Shown here: positions 1 to 11,000 of the stretch, in pieces
Numbering within the stretch: position 1 is the first letter of the stretch
Layout: each line of letters starts with the position of its first letter
Origin: Candidatus Thorarchaeota archaeon SMTZ1-45
GTDB lineage: Archaea; Asgardarchaeota; Thorarchaeia; Thorarchaeales; Thorarchaeaceae
Direction: 5' to 3'
Assembly: GCA_001563335.1 (NCBI GenBank)
Contig: LRSL01000058.1
Span: forward strand, 1 to 64,000
DNA length: 64,000 nt
Notes under the pieces: generated by a model
Database searches by the model: none
The model's input: only the letters and a program-made list of their open reading frames with translations
Told to the model about the DNA's origin: nothing
Position numbers and translations under genes: made by a program

Positions 1-1
1 A

Positions 2-289
2 AAGCGTGAAATAGAAAACACTACTGTCCCTACTAAAGGTAGTACCTCAATAATGAACTCCCTTTGGTTAACACATTATGGCTATAAAATCCTTGAAGCT
101 TTAGGAGTAGGATTACAACATTTTGGTACAGATATCGAAAAAGTGAAGATTAGCTTCGAGGATCTAGGATTCTCGTTAACGATTCGAGAAGTAGATTCAC
201 TGCAAAATTTGGATATTTCAGAAGCAGTCGAGGTTTCTTACAGCATGAGAAATTATGTTTACAATGAGATTGATAAAGCATACCTATAG
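2..289 (+). CDS. C-terminal part of a protein starting before the window (possibly the tail of an Asgard LRR-type protein)
   Basis: The frame of the 53..289 ORF is open back to base 2 (KREIENTTVPTKGSTSIMNSLWLTHYGYKIL...). The family guess is from memory of similar tails only. Confidence 0.55.
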   Translation, partial: KREIENTTVPTKGSTSIMNSLWLTHYGYKILEALGVGLQHFGTDIEKVKISFEDLGFSLTIREVDSLQNLDISEAVEVSYSMRNYVYNEIDKAYL

Positions 290-365
290 AAAAATAGCTT
301 TGTTACCTTCTTCGATACACTAAATTAGCCAATACCAAGATGTAACAAAGCCGGTGATGTGACAT

Positions 366-962
366 TTGGCCTCAATAAAACGTCGGCTTTATTTCAATGA
401 ACCAATAGTTCGTACAAAGGTCAATAGAGTTCGGTTTCCAAAAATATGTCCTGTATGTGGTAGCCCCGCCAATAAGACTACACGAATCTCTACTAACCCA
501 GGACGAAAAGTGTGGCTTCGTCCAAACTTTGACCCTTACTTTAATCACTGGGGAAAAAACCAACTCGCAAATGCAGAGAGTAAGAGCTTCATTGTGGATG
601 TGTGCGAAGATCATCTGGTGTCTGACAATGCTGAATTGAGAATGAGAGGACTCTCCTCCATCATCGCTTCTCTAGTCGCTGGTATTTCGATATTTGCCCT
701 AATCTATGCAGGTGCTGATTATTGGGCTAGAAGACCAGTAAGTCCATGGGTTTATTCCTATGTTTTAATACTTGCACTCTCGTTGTCTTTTGCATACATT
801 TCGTTCCGACCATCTGCATTAGAGGCATCATTCAGAATCATAGGTTTCGATTTCGAGTTGCAATATGTATGGTTTGCTTTGAGTAATCCTTCATACCGGG
901 ACCTGTTTCTGAAAGAGAATTCACATCATGCCGAACTTGTGACATGGATAGTCAAATTCTAA
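366..962 (+). CDS. Hypothetical membrane protein with putative Zn-binding motif
   Basis: CPVC...CEDH motif; two hydrophobic helices; GGTGATG RBS-like sequence before a TTG start. Confidence 0.7.
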   Translation: MASIKRRLYFNEPIVRTKVNRVRFPKICPVCGSPANKTTRISTNPGRKVWLRPNFDPYFNHWGKNQLANAESKSFIVDVCEDHLVSDNAELRMRGLSSIIASLVAGISIFALIYAGADYWARRPVSPWVYSYVLILALSLSFAYISFRPSALEASFRIIGFDFELQYVWFALSNPSYRDLFLKENSHHAELVTWIVKF

Positions 963-964
963 TG

Positions 965-2401
965 TTAGGAGCTTCTCCTATCTCTATTTTCATAATAGTC
1001 ACATACTCGAGAAAGGGCACTCGCAGCTTCATTGATGTTTCTAAAAACTGGAAGTCCATGCTCGACAAAGATCTTCCAAGCATCAGCCCTTTGGACAGGG
1101 TATGCCACCTCAGGAATAACAATTAGAACTGGTTTGTTTTCTGTTTCAACAACCTTCCTTCCTGCTTTTGCCATAACCTTCCAATATTCTATTAACACAT
1201 CAGCTGCACCCATGATTGATGCTGCTTGATACATATTATGAACATCCGCTTCAATTATCAGTGAATCGAACATGGACTCTTCGCCAACAATACGGATTAC
1301 TTCAGAAGTGGTTTGATCTTGGTAGTAATCAGCCGCAAGATCTACGGGATTCCCTAGACCCGTTCCTACATCAAGAATCAATGGATCAAGTCTTTTGATT
1401 GTTTCTTCAGATGTCCTTGGAACATTCAGTCCTTTTTCTATACAAAGGTCAGTAAGAATTACACTTGTTCCTCCACTGATTGCTACTAGTCCTATATTTC
1501 TCGTCCTGGGTTTTGGACTTAAGGAGAAAATGCTCAGAGTTGCAATCAAATCTTCAACAGTGTCAACAGTCAAAACATTTGCCTGGCGAAATACAGCTTT
1601 CCATATTTCTTTGCTACCTGCGAGTGCACCAGTATGCGACGCGGCAGCTCGAGAACCTTCAGTGGATCTCCCACCCTTAAGTACTACAAGTGGTTTTCTT
1701 TCAGCCAAATTGATCATCGAGTCTAAAATCTTCTTGCCGTTCTTCACGCCTTCTAAATATGCTCCAACAGCTTTTGTGTCAATATCAGTATGAAAGTAGT
1801 CAAGAAGTTCTTGAGGTGTAATGTCCACTTGGTTTCCAAAACTGAAAACCTTACTAAAACCTACACCAGATTCTACACCTGCAGTGTATGTGGTTATTGC
1901 AACTCCCCCGGATTGAGATAGGAATCCTACATTACCTGAGAGTCTCTTGATTGTTGGCATAAATGCAAACCCTATCTTTGGGTACATTAGACCCATACAG
2001 TTCGGTCCAAATGCTCTCATTCCTGTTTCATCAAGTATGCCACGGAGCTCTTCTTCCCGCTGTTTTCCTTCCTCAGTTCCTAGTTCAGAGAATCCACTGG
2101 TGAATATCGTGACTCCTTTTGCTCCTTGCCTATGACATTCCCTCAAAGCCTCTGGGACTGCCTTATACGGGACTCGAATTATTGCATAGTCGATTTTCTC
2201 TGGGATGTCTTCGACACTTGTTAATATCTTATGACCCAGGACTTCGCCTCCACTTCTTGAAACAAACCATACTCTGAGGTCATGTTCCCATTGCAGCATT
2301 GAGTGTGCCCAATAATATCCCATGCTTGGAGATACACCAACTATAGCTACCGATCTGATATTGAGGATGTCAGATATCGAAGGTTTCATTGTCTGGGTCA
2401 T
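965..2401 (-). CDS. ADP-forming acyl-CoA synthetase / CoA ligase, alpha-type subunit
   Basis: CoA-binding N-terminus (VAIVGVS), GPNCMG, SQSGG, catalytic AASHTG, ISGG and NPVDL motifs. Confidence 0.9.
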   Translation of the reverse strand: MTQTMKPSISDILNIRSVAIVGVSPSMGYYWAHSMLQWEHDLRVWFVSRSGGEVLGHKILTSVEDIPEKIDYAIIRVPYKAVPEALRECHRQGAKGVTIFTSGFSELGTEEGKQREEELRGILDETGMRAFGPNCMGLMYPKIGFAFMPTIKRLSGNVGFLSQSGGVAITTYTAGVESGVGFSKVFSFGNQVDITPQELLDYFHTDIDTKAVGAYLEGVKNGKKILDSMINLAERKPLVVLKGGRSTEGSRAAASHTGALAGSKEIWKAVFRQANVLTVDTVEDLIATLSIFSLSPKPRTRNIGLVAISGGTSVILTDLCIEKGLNVPRTSEETIKRLDPLILDVGTGLGNPVDLAADYYQDQTTSEVIRIVGEESMFDSLIIEADVHNMYQAASIMGAADVLIEYWKVMAKAGRKVVETENKPVLIVIPEVAYPVQRADAWKIFVEHGLPVFRNINEAASALSRVCDYYENRDRRSS

Positions 2402-2502
2402 TTAGATATCTCCAGTGAGGGTCGAGGGAATCCGCCTCCGATTTAAGAATACCTGAAAGGCACCATATCACGAAAGATGTGAAAAATGATTGGTGAGGAG
2501 AA

Positions 2503-2616
2503 TGCGTCGGTCGTTGTTGGGGATCGATGCATCATTACGCCAGCCTGCGGATACCAGCGCGACAACCAGAGACGGTTTCTCGAGGATAACCGACAATATT
2601 TCTCATGACCGACGCA
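2503..2616. ncRNA. Putative structured RNA / inverted-repeat-bounded GC-rich element
   Basis: TGCGTCGGTCGT (2503-2514) pairs with ATGACCGACGCA (2605-2616); additional inner helices; GC-rich island in an AT-rich divergent intergenic gap. Confidence 0.45.
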
Positions 2617-2740
2617 CATGTATATCAAACTCATAGTAGTTAATATAATATGTGCGTATATATTCATATAGCACTAAATTAGAAAACTGCGCGGTTACAT
2701 GAACCAGCTTGTTAATATGATAAAACATCGGAGGGAGGAT

Positions 2741-4882
2741 ATGCGTCGCGCTCTTGTCTTATGCATTGCCTTTCTTCTTATAATGTACGCAAAGTTTGAT
2801 GGCAACCAGCTTGTGACGCAGAGCACTGAAACTCATCTTCCCAGTCAAGATTATCTACCAGTTGAGAGGAATTGGTCAGCTAACATTATAGTTGTTGGAT
2901 ATAATCCCACCCTAATTGATGAGCTAATTCTTCTTCAAGGATTACCCACAGCTAGGTACTACACAACAGAAGATGTTGAAATCACTTACAATATCGACTA
3001 TGAGATTTACTTCGCAGACAAAAGCTATGTTGATGACCTTCGTCAAGTGATGCTTGATAATTCAAACAATGGAACTGGAACAGGAACTAGGCTTGATGAA
3101 AGCGCACTCATCTATCAAAAAGCTCACTTAGATGAACCTCAAAGGATATTCTACCCAAGAGATGGTCGTGTTATTGATGGGTATGCTGTTGAAGATTGGC
3201 TGGAAGAGAATCCTTTTGTAGCTCCTCCCAGCCTAGGTTATACTCTCTACCTTGTGAACTTCTCTGAGTTTGATCGTGCGGATCACAGTCTCGAACACTG
3301 GTATGATTACCATCCAGAGGACCCAGACACCGGAGAAGAACAGGATTGGTTTCGCTTAGAATGGGATAATCCTCTCAATCCAGATGTTACAATGGACTAT
3401 CCATTCTTTGGTGGACGGTATAACACCTATCTTGTCGACCCCAGCGCACACCATTGGTATCTGAAGTGGTGCAGGATTTGGTGGAGTGAAGAAATTGGTA
3501 CAGATCGTGACTTTTGGACTCAAGACCTAGAGGACAAAGTAGGAACTCTGAACCTCTCAGCTCCAGCAGGTGTTGCTTCTCTCAATGTGTATTTGAGAGA
3601 TTGTATTTGGGATCCAATAACACAACTCTTCTTCCCTTATCAACATCAGCCCGCAAGTTATGTCAACTCTGGAACTCTGAAAGCGCTCATTTTTTGTATG
3701 GATGTCGCAAATGGAACATCTGTTGAAAGTCTTGAATGGGTCACTGATGCGGACATGCAGAAAGCCCATCTTGAGGAGCTCTATCCATTCATTCAGTGGG
3801 ATGTCGATGTTGAGTACCTCGATATCGACGAAGAAACTGTATGGAATAATTTGTTTTGGACCTATGCCACTGTGGAACCTGATGGGACTACAGTCGTAGA
3901 TGGTGGTGCCATGTTTAGTGCGATCTATAATATCATGAAACCTCTGTTTGTTGCTGATGATGAGAACATCAATGTATTCGGAGTAGTATTCATCAAGAAA
4001 CAAATGGAGATGCATGTGTATGGCCGTACCTATACAGGACTTGGCGGTAGTGGGCAAACAGTCATTTGGAAATCGTGGGAACGATACTATCGCCCTGATG
4101 GTGTGACACCAAAAGATGGGATATCCGCAGTGCAACTCCATGAAACTATGCATGCAATTGGATTTCATCACACTTGGCAGCATGAGTATTACTCAAGCGA
4201 TTTCTCATGGGGTCCAATGGGTTACTTTGCGTACCATAATGGCACTTCCACATTTGATAAGAATTGGGTCCAAGGAACATACTTGGACCAAATGGAAGCT
4301 ACTCTCTGGAATGAATTGCTTACTAGACCACAAACCGAGTATGATAGACCTGAAACTGAACTTGCTGAACAACTTGCAAATGGCGCTTTTAGTAGAGCAC
4401 GAGATTTCTATAATGAGATGGAGTGGATGGCTGCATATGAAGCACTTATAGATGCAAGAGATTGGATAAAACGTGTGTATTCTTCGATAGAGGATGCAAC
4501 ACCTCCAGTAATCCATGCTTGGGGAACAATTCCTCACGAGATTGGTTCTGACGAGTTCCTCGTCTGGGCTCATGTGACTGATGAAAATTCTGGTCTGGAA
4601 AATGTGACACTCCATGTTCAGATTGATGAAGGAATCATCCAATCATTTCCAATGTCACTAGAAGGCGCGAATTGGACAGTTCAAGTGCCTGCATCTGGAC
4701 CATACACAAATCTTTCAATATGGATCATAGCGTGGGATTGGGGCATGAACATGGCGAGAGGGAATACTATCTCTCAAGTACAAGCTCCTCTCGATTGGTT
4801 GTTTCCATTAACCGTCACAGTAAGCACAGCGGCCTTAGTTATTGTGATTGGAGTTTATGTGCTGCGGCAAAAGAGTAGATAA
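2741..4882 (+). CDS. Membrane-anchored metzincin-type zinc metalloprotease
   Basis: Signal-like N-terminus after a GGAGGGAGG RBS (ORF track start 2699); HETMHAIGFHH = HExxHxxGxxH; downstream GPMGY Met-turn candidate; Ig-like domain; C-terminal TM helix with basic stop-transfer tail. Confidence 0.85.
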   Translation: MRRALVLCIAFLLIMYAKFDGNQLVTQSTETHLPSQDYLPVERNWSANIIVVGYNPTLIDELILLQGLPTARYYTTEDVEITYNIDYEIYFADKSYVDDLRQVMLDNSNNGTGTGTRLDESALIYQKAHLDEPQRIFYPRDGRVIDGYAVEDWLEENPFVAPPSLGYTLYLVNFSEFDRADHSLEHWYDYHPEDPDTGEEQDWFRLEWDNPLNPDVTMDYPFFGGRYNTYLVDPSAHHWYLKWCRIWWSEEIGTDRDFWTQDLEDKVGTLNLSAPAGVASLNVYLRDCIWDPITQLFFPYQHQPASYVNSGTLKALIFCMDVANGTSVESLEWVTDADMQKAHLEELYPFIQWDVDVEYLDIDEETVWNNLFWTYATVEPDGTTVVDGGAMFSAIYNIMKPLFVADDENINVFGVVFIKKQMEMHVYGRTYTGLGGSGQTVIWKSWERYYRPDGVTPKDGISAVQLHETMHAIGFHHTWQHEYYSSDFSWGPMGYFAYHNGTSTFDKNWVQGTYLDQMEATLWNELLTRPQTEYDRPETELAEQLANGAFSRARDFYNEMEWMAAYEALIDARDWIKRVYSSIEDATPPVIHAWGTIPHEIGSDEFLVWAHVTDENSGLENVTLHVQIDEGIIQSFPMSLEGANWTVQVPASGPYTNLSIWIIAWDWGMNMARGNTISQVQAPLDWLFPLTVTVSTAALVIVIGVYVLRQKSR

Positions 4883-5037
4883 TCGATCTCTCTCAATTGG
4901 TGAGAGAAATCATTCGCTGTCGAAATTTCGAAAGACTTGACGATTTCTATGTGCTACATCTATTCATATAGACCTAATCTACTAATCAACTAACCAGTCG
5001 ACTTGGTCGAGTTCATACTCATCTAGGAGATTTTAGT

Positions 5038-8000
5038 ATGAAATTAAAGAAGAACTTGAGTCTATTTTTGGTATTGACATCACTCATCTTGAGTTTTGGT
5101 GCGATTGGAGTAAATAACAACATACACCAATCAATTACTCCGAGTTCAGAACTGATTGATATTGGTGATGGTCAATATATTGAAGTGGGCCCAGATGAAG
5201 TTCTTGAAACTATTTCTCTCTCTGAAGTACCAACAAATCTCCAAGGTGAAGGTTCTCCATTAGTTATATCAGAGTATGGACAACGTACCAATCATTTCGA
5301 TAACCTTGAGCTAGCATATTATCCCACAAATACGACAACAACGCAGATGGTTTCGGTACCGTTAGGTCCTCTATGGGAAGGTACTGACATGTTTGTCAAT
5401 GTGAGTGACCTTCAAGAGAATCGGACATACCTGACGAATCCTGGTTTCGATTCAACAGCGGATTGGACGCTAGGTACTGATGATGTTGGCACCTATACAA
5501 ATCCGATGTCTTCAACAATAACTGGCGGTTATGTCAGCTTCCAAATGGAAGGGGTTTTGTCAGGCGGTTACTATCGTCATGATCTTGGTGATAGACAATA
5601 TGCTGAACAGACCATCAATACTAATCGTGGAGAAGTCACATGGGTCGGTGTATCACTCGACTACTGGGTCGATGATGCTTGGGGTGGTTTGCCCATAGGA
5701 TTTTGGGAGCTTTATGCTCAAGTTGGCCATGATGATGATGTGGATAATCATCTATGGCACATGCAGTTCAGCGATGTCCTCGCACAAGTGACTTGGTACT
5801 CCACTGGATTAATCGAAGCTGATCCATCATTAATCACTTCTTCAAGTTTCATCCTCCAAATTGGTATGAGAACAACTCGATCATTCGGAAGCAATCCCCA
5901 ACTCTACCCTGAGGTCAGAATGGATAATGTTAGGATTTTCATAAAATCACGTGTCCAACCAAGTCAAGTCAATTTGGAAATGAATGGACTGCCTGTTTCA
6001 AACATCACAGATGGGTTCAGTTGGCTATGGAGTTTAGGATCAGTTCAAGAATCAGCAGTCATTCCGTGGAGTGGAAGTGCAGTCAACGCTACTTTCAGTT
6101 GGACTCCTACTCCAGTTAATCCCAATCCTAACTTCGATATTCGTGTTACATTTTCTGTTGACATGACAGTCTATGCCCGAAAGGTAGGGCAATCCTCTCT
6201 ATATGAGGCGGATGTACAAAGTTTTGGGACTCACTATTCTGTATCCAATTCTAGTCAGGTACAATGGCTAACCTACTACTATGTAGCAGTTCCAAATGGA
6301 TATTCCAATTTCTTCTATTTCAATGCAAGCAAATCAGACACGCTTGTTATTGATATGGTTTCTCAACCTCGTTTTCCGAGTGTCAACTTTCCATATTGGT
6401 CAACTACTGCAACAACACTGAACATATCTGTTTACGAGGGTGTTGTTGGGACATACCAGAACGGATTTTGGAAGATTACTGGACATTCAGGAAATATTAT
6501 CCAAGACCTGCGAATGTCAAGTGGAGCTGCTTGGGTTACAACTAATACTTATCAAGCAAATGACAATGTTCGTTTTAGAGCATATCTTGATTCAGTTTAT
6601 GATGGAGCTACTGTATCATTCAAAGTATATGATACAATGGGTACACTCTGGGCTACGTTGAGCGCAGGAGTTTCGTCTGGAATCGCTGAAACAACTGATT
6701 TGACTCTTGATCCTTACTTGGCGGAGGTTGGAGGGTGGCAAGTTCAAGCATTTGTCAATGATTCTATCTCCGGATCTCCTGTTGAAAATATTGGATATTA
6801 TTCACGATCTTTCTCGATTGAACATGGATCTGACATGTATATTGCATATCCAAGGCAATCCATTTTCACATGGGAAAGAAACCTTACATACGGCCAAGAT
6901 ATGCTACTTCAAATTGGCGTGAACGATTCTGATAACGGTTTCCTATTGCCAGGAGGTTCTGCGACTTATAACTGGACCACAGGAACACATCCTCTGAACG
7001 ATATGGGTACAGGTGAATATAGTGTAGTCCTTAATACTGCAGATCTTGGACTTCCAGGTCGGTATGTGATAAGCCTAACTTGGAGTAAATCCTACTATGA
7101 CTCACTTCAACGCTACTTTGTTATCAACGTCGTTGAGGAAACTACACTACAATCTGCAAGTGCTCCAGGAGTTCAGGTGCCCCGTGGTGACGATGCCTTA
7201 CTAGAACTATTCTTTGCAGATTCAGAAGGCTCTGGGATTGATAACGCAGTTCTGTTTTGTAATTGGACTGATTCATCTTATTCTATAGATCCAGTAATTG
7301 GAGAACCTGGCAATTATTCTCTTTCGATAACCACGAATAATTCGAATCTTGGTACATATGCGATTGTTGTGACCGCCCAGAAAGACTACTATACTACATC
7401 ACAAGTTCTTCTTTTCGTGGAGGTCCGCCAGATTTTCACATCTGTTTCTGTTTCACAGAGTATCCTCGCCTTACCCGTTGGATATGAAGAAACTATTACT
7501 CTGACGTATTGGGATACCGATCATGACCTCCCAATATCTGGTGCTGAGAGTTCAATATCGTGCAACTGGTCAGATTACACTGTCGTGGAGAGCTCCCCAG
7601 GCGAGTATGATATTACCTTTAGCTCTCTTGATTCAGACCCTATTCAAGATTACACAGTTGTTTTTGATGTAAGTCGTTTTGCGTACCAGAATCACACTTT
7701 TGACATTGGTATTAACATCATAACCCATCTGACATCATTCTCATTAGATAACCCTATAGAACCTACTCCATATACAGGTCAGATCACAATCTATGTTCTC
7801 TATTATGATATCACAACCTCTTCTGGGATTGTGGGAAGTGATGTCCTAATCTACGCAGAAGCTGCTGGTGTACCATCTCTCCAATTCACTGTAGTCAATG
7901 GAACAACACAAGGTCAATACATCATAAGAATTAGAGCAGATCAATGGGGTTCAATTGGCTGGAAGGATATCACCATCTTCGCAAATTGGACTGGATCACA

Positions 8001-11000
8001 ACCAAAACACGACAATAAGGTACTCCAAGTACGAGCTAGGGTCGCAGGAAGTCCAACAGATTTGTATATTGGTACAAATCCAATTGCAACACCCTATGGA
8101 GAGAATATAACATTCTCTGTTGTATACTGGGATGTTAGTAATAGCACTGGAGTTTCAAATAGTACAGGTGCTTACCCATTCAATGTTTTCTTGTTTGTAG
8201 AAGTTAAAACACCCGGTCAAACCTTAACACAAGACCTAATGGTAATTACTGAACTAGGAAATGGTGAATACCAGATTACCTTTGATACAGACTATCTAAG
8301 TGGTTTAATTGGATGCCAGCTTCGGATTTATGCAAATTGGACTAGCGGCCAGCTTCCTTTGTATGAAAACAGAACACTAGCAATCATAGTGTATACTCGG
8401 TATCGACAGACAAGTGTTCTATGGAATCCCTTGCCAACTACGCCATATGGTGATAGTGTAAATCTGACATTTTCTTACATGGATGTACTATCAGGTATGC
8501 GAATCCCTGATGATGCAAAATTGAACTATCAAGTCCAAGAGGCAGGACTTGTCTTGAGTGCGATTTACTTGAGTGGTAGTCAACAGTTTGTACTCACACT
8601 TGATACAACATGGTGGAATAATGTTGGCACATTCACATTTCATCTAGATGTTACATGGTCAGGATCTCCATTCTATCAAAACAGAACTAACATCCCGATT
8701 TCAATTACAATTCGCAATAGATACACTACTCTTGAACACGGTCCCTATACTTCAATTCAATATGGTAACAATTTAACACTCATCTTCACATATAGAGACC
8801 TCGATGGACAATCATTGTTGAACACTGGATCACTTACGCTTGATCCATCACTACTGGGTTATTATAGTGTAGTGAATAATTTTGATGGAACATATAAGGT
8901 AACACTCAATACGACTGCATTTCCATCTCTCGGTATTTTTACAGTAAATGTCACTATTACATATACAGGTTTCAATTACTGCTATGATGCAAACGATTTC
9001 TTCTATCTGACGCTAATTCAAAGAAGAACACAATTGACTAGCGAAACTCCAGACCTAGCTATATTTCTAGAAGAAGCGGTGATAATAGTATCATATATTG
9101 ATGATAATACATATGCAGCAATTCTTGGTGCGACAGTAACCGCGACCTGCATGAATGCAACACTTCAGCTTGGAGTCAACTATTGGGTCGATGCTCTTCC
9201 AAGTGGGGACTATCGAATCAGAATCTCAACACTTGCTCTTGGTAACTTTGGTCAATATACTATCACTATTTCTGCTAGTAAGGCTGGATCACCATTTTAT
9301 AGAAGCAGAGTGCTAGATGTTTCAATTGATGTCGTTAGAAGGTATGCGACTATTTCAGTTACTCGTTCCCCATTGACTACACCGTTCCTTGAGAATGTTG
9401 AATTCCAAGTGACCGCAATCGATGATGTCAACGGTACCAGAATACCTCTTTCTAAGTCAGTACTCATTATAACACATGGAGGAGGCACACTCATACTAGA
9501 TTCTGAGTACACACTCACAGGTCAGAATGGCTTCTATCTGATATCCTTCAACTCGACACTACTGACTTCTCAATTAGAAGATGCCTATCCAATCAACATC
9601 CTCTTCTATTGGGGTGACTCAGCGCCTTATTATGAAAATTCAACCGCTTCTACTGAAGTCACAATTTCAACAAGATTCACTCAAGCATCGGTCCTATCAA
9701 CTCCTCCTGCATATTACTTCTTCAATATCAGTACTCTAATCTATTATAGCGATTATCTGACTGGAAATGGGATTCCTGGAGCCGATATCTCGGTTGATTG
9801 TGCTAACTCTACAAGTTTCACAAATTGGATAGTTGATCAAGGAGATGGAACATATCAGATTCTTGTTGATACAACGACACTCACTGGACTAGGGAAGTAT
9901 TTCTTTACTGTGAATTTGACTTGGTATGGAACTCCATTCTACACAAATGTGACTAACTTGAATTTTGCAGTGGTAGTCAATTCTGTATCTACTACACTTA
10001 GCTTTACACTTCCACAGGGAGTAACCTATTACTTGGGTGATGATATTCATGCGAATATCACCTTTACCGCAATTGAGTTTGGTGTTGGGATTTCAGGTGC
10101 AAATGTCACAAGTAATTGGAATATCACCTATCCAACAATCGCCACAATCACCGAGATAGATATTGGCGTTTATGAAATGATTATCCAGACTTCAGGAATG
10201 GATGCTGGCCTATATTCGTTTTCAATTTCTGCTTCAAAATATCTACATCAAAATCAATCCATACTGGCTGATATCCTATTGGCTGCGATACCTGTTCAGA
10301 TAGAACTCTTTTTCAATCCAACAAATCCACTTTGGGGTAATGCTATTGATTTTCAAGCAAATGTCACTGATGCAAGAAATGGGAATCCAATTTCTGGAGC
10401 ATTCGTCAATCTTACAATATCCTCAATAACCGTGAATATGACACCAGGTGCACCAGGAATATACACTTGCACTATACAGAGTTGGCAGATAGGCGCAGGA
10501 GAGCACACGATTCGAGTGGTTTCGGTTCTTCTTAATTATGAGAGTAGACAAAGAGATTTCCAAATACGTATTGATAAGATCTCATCAAAGATTTCAGGCT
10601 CCCTTGATCCGCTTACTACTGTTAATGGATTAGCAGTCACAATAGAAGTGGATTATCTTGACTACGCAAACAGTTCTGTAATCGAAGATGGTCTTGTTAC
10701 CTATAGCTGGATTGGTGGTTCAGGCCAGATTGTTTGGTCTGTCATTGATGACAAATATGTAGTGCAGTTTGTTGTTTCAGGAGTTCCAGTAGGGACTCAC
10801 CAAATCCTCATTCAAGCATCATCTGATAACTACAAGAGTATAAGCATGCAACTAACAATTGAGATTACTGAACTTTCCACAAGTCTGATTGCTATCTCCG
10901 AATTCATTGTTACAGTAAACTATCGGGACATAGCAAACATTACAGTATATCTTAACAACACTGATCTGAATACACCAGTGACTGGAGCATTACTATCATA

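Noticed and set aside
2503-2616. 5S rRNA or C/D-box sRNA
   Set aside because: Size and CGGTCAT fit 5S, but the CCGAAC/GAAGTTAAG core is missing. There is no CTGA D box before the closing stem.
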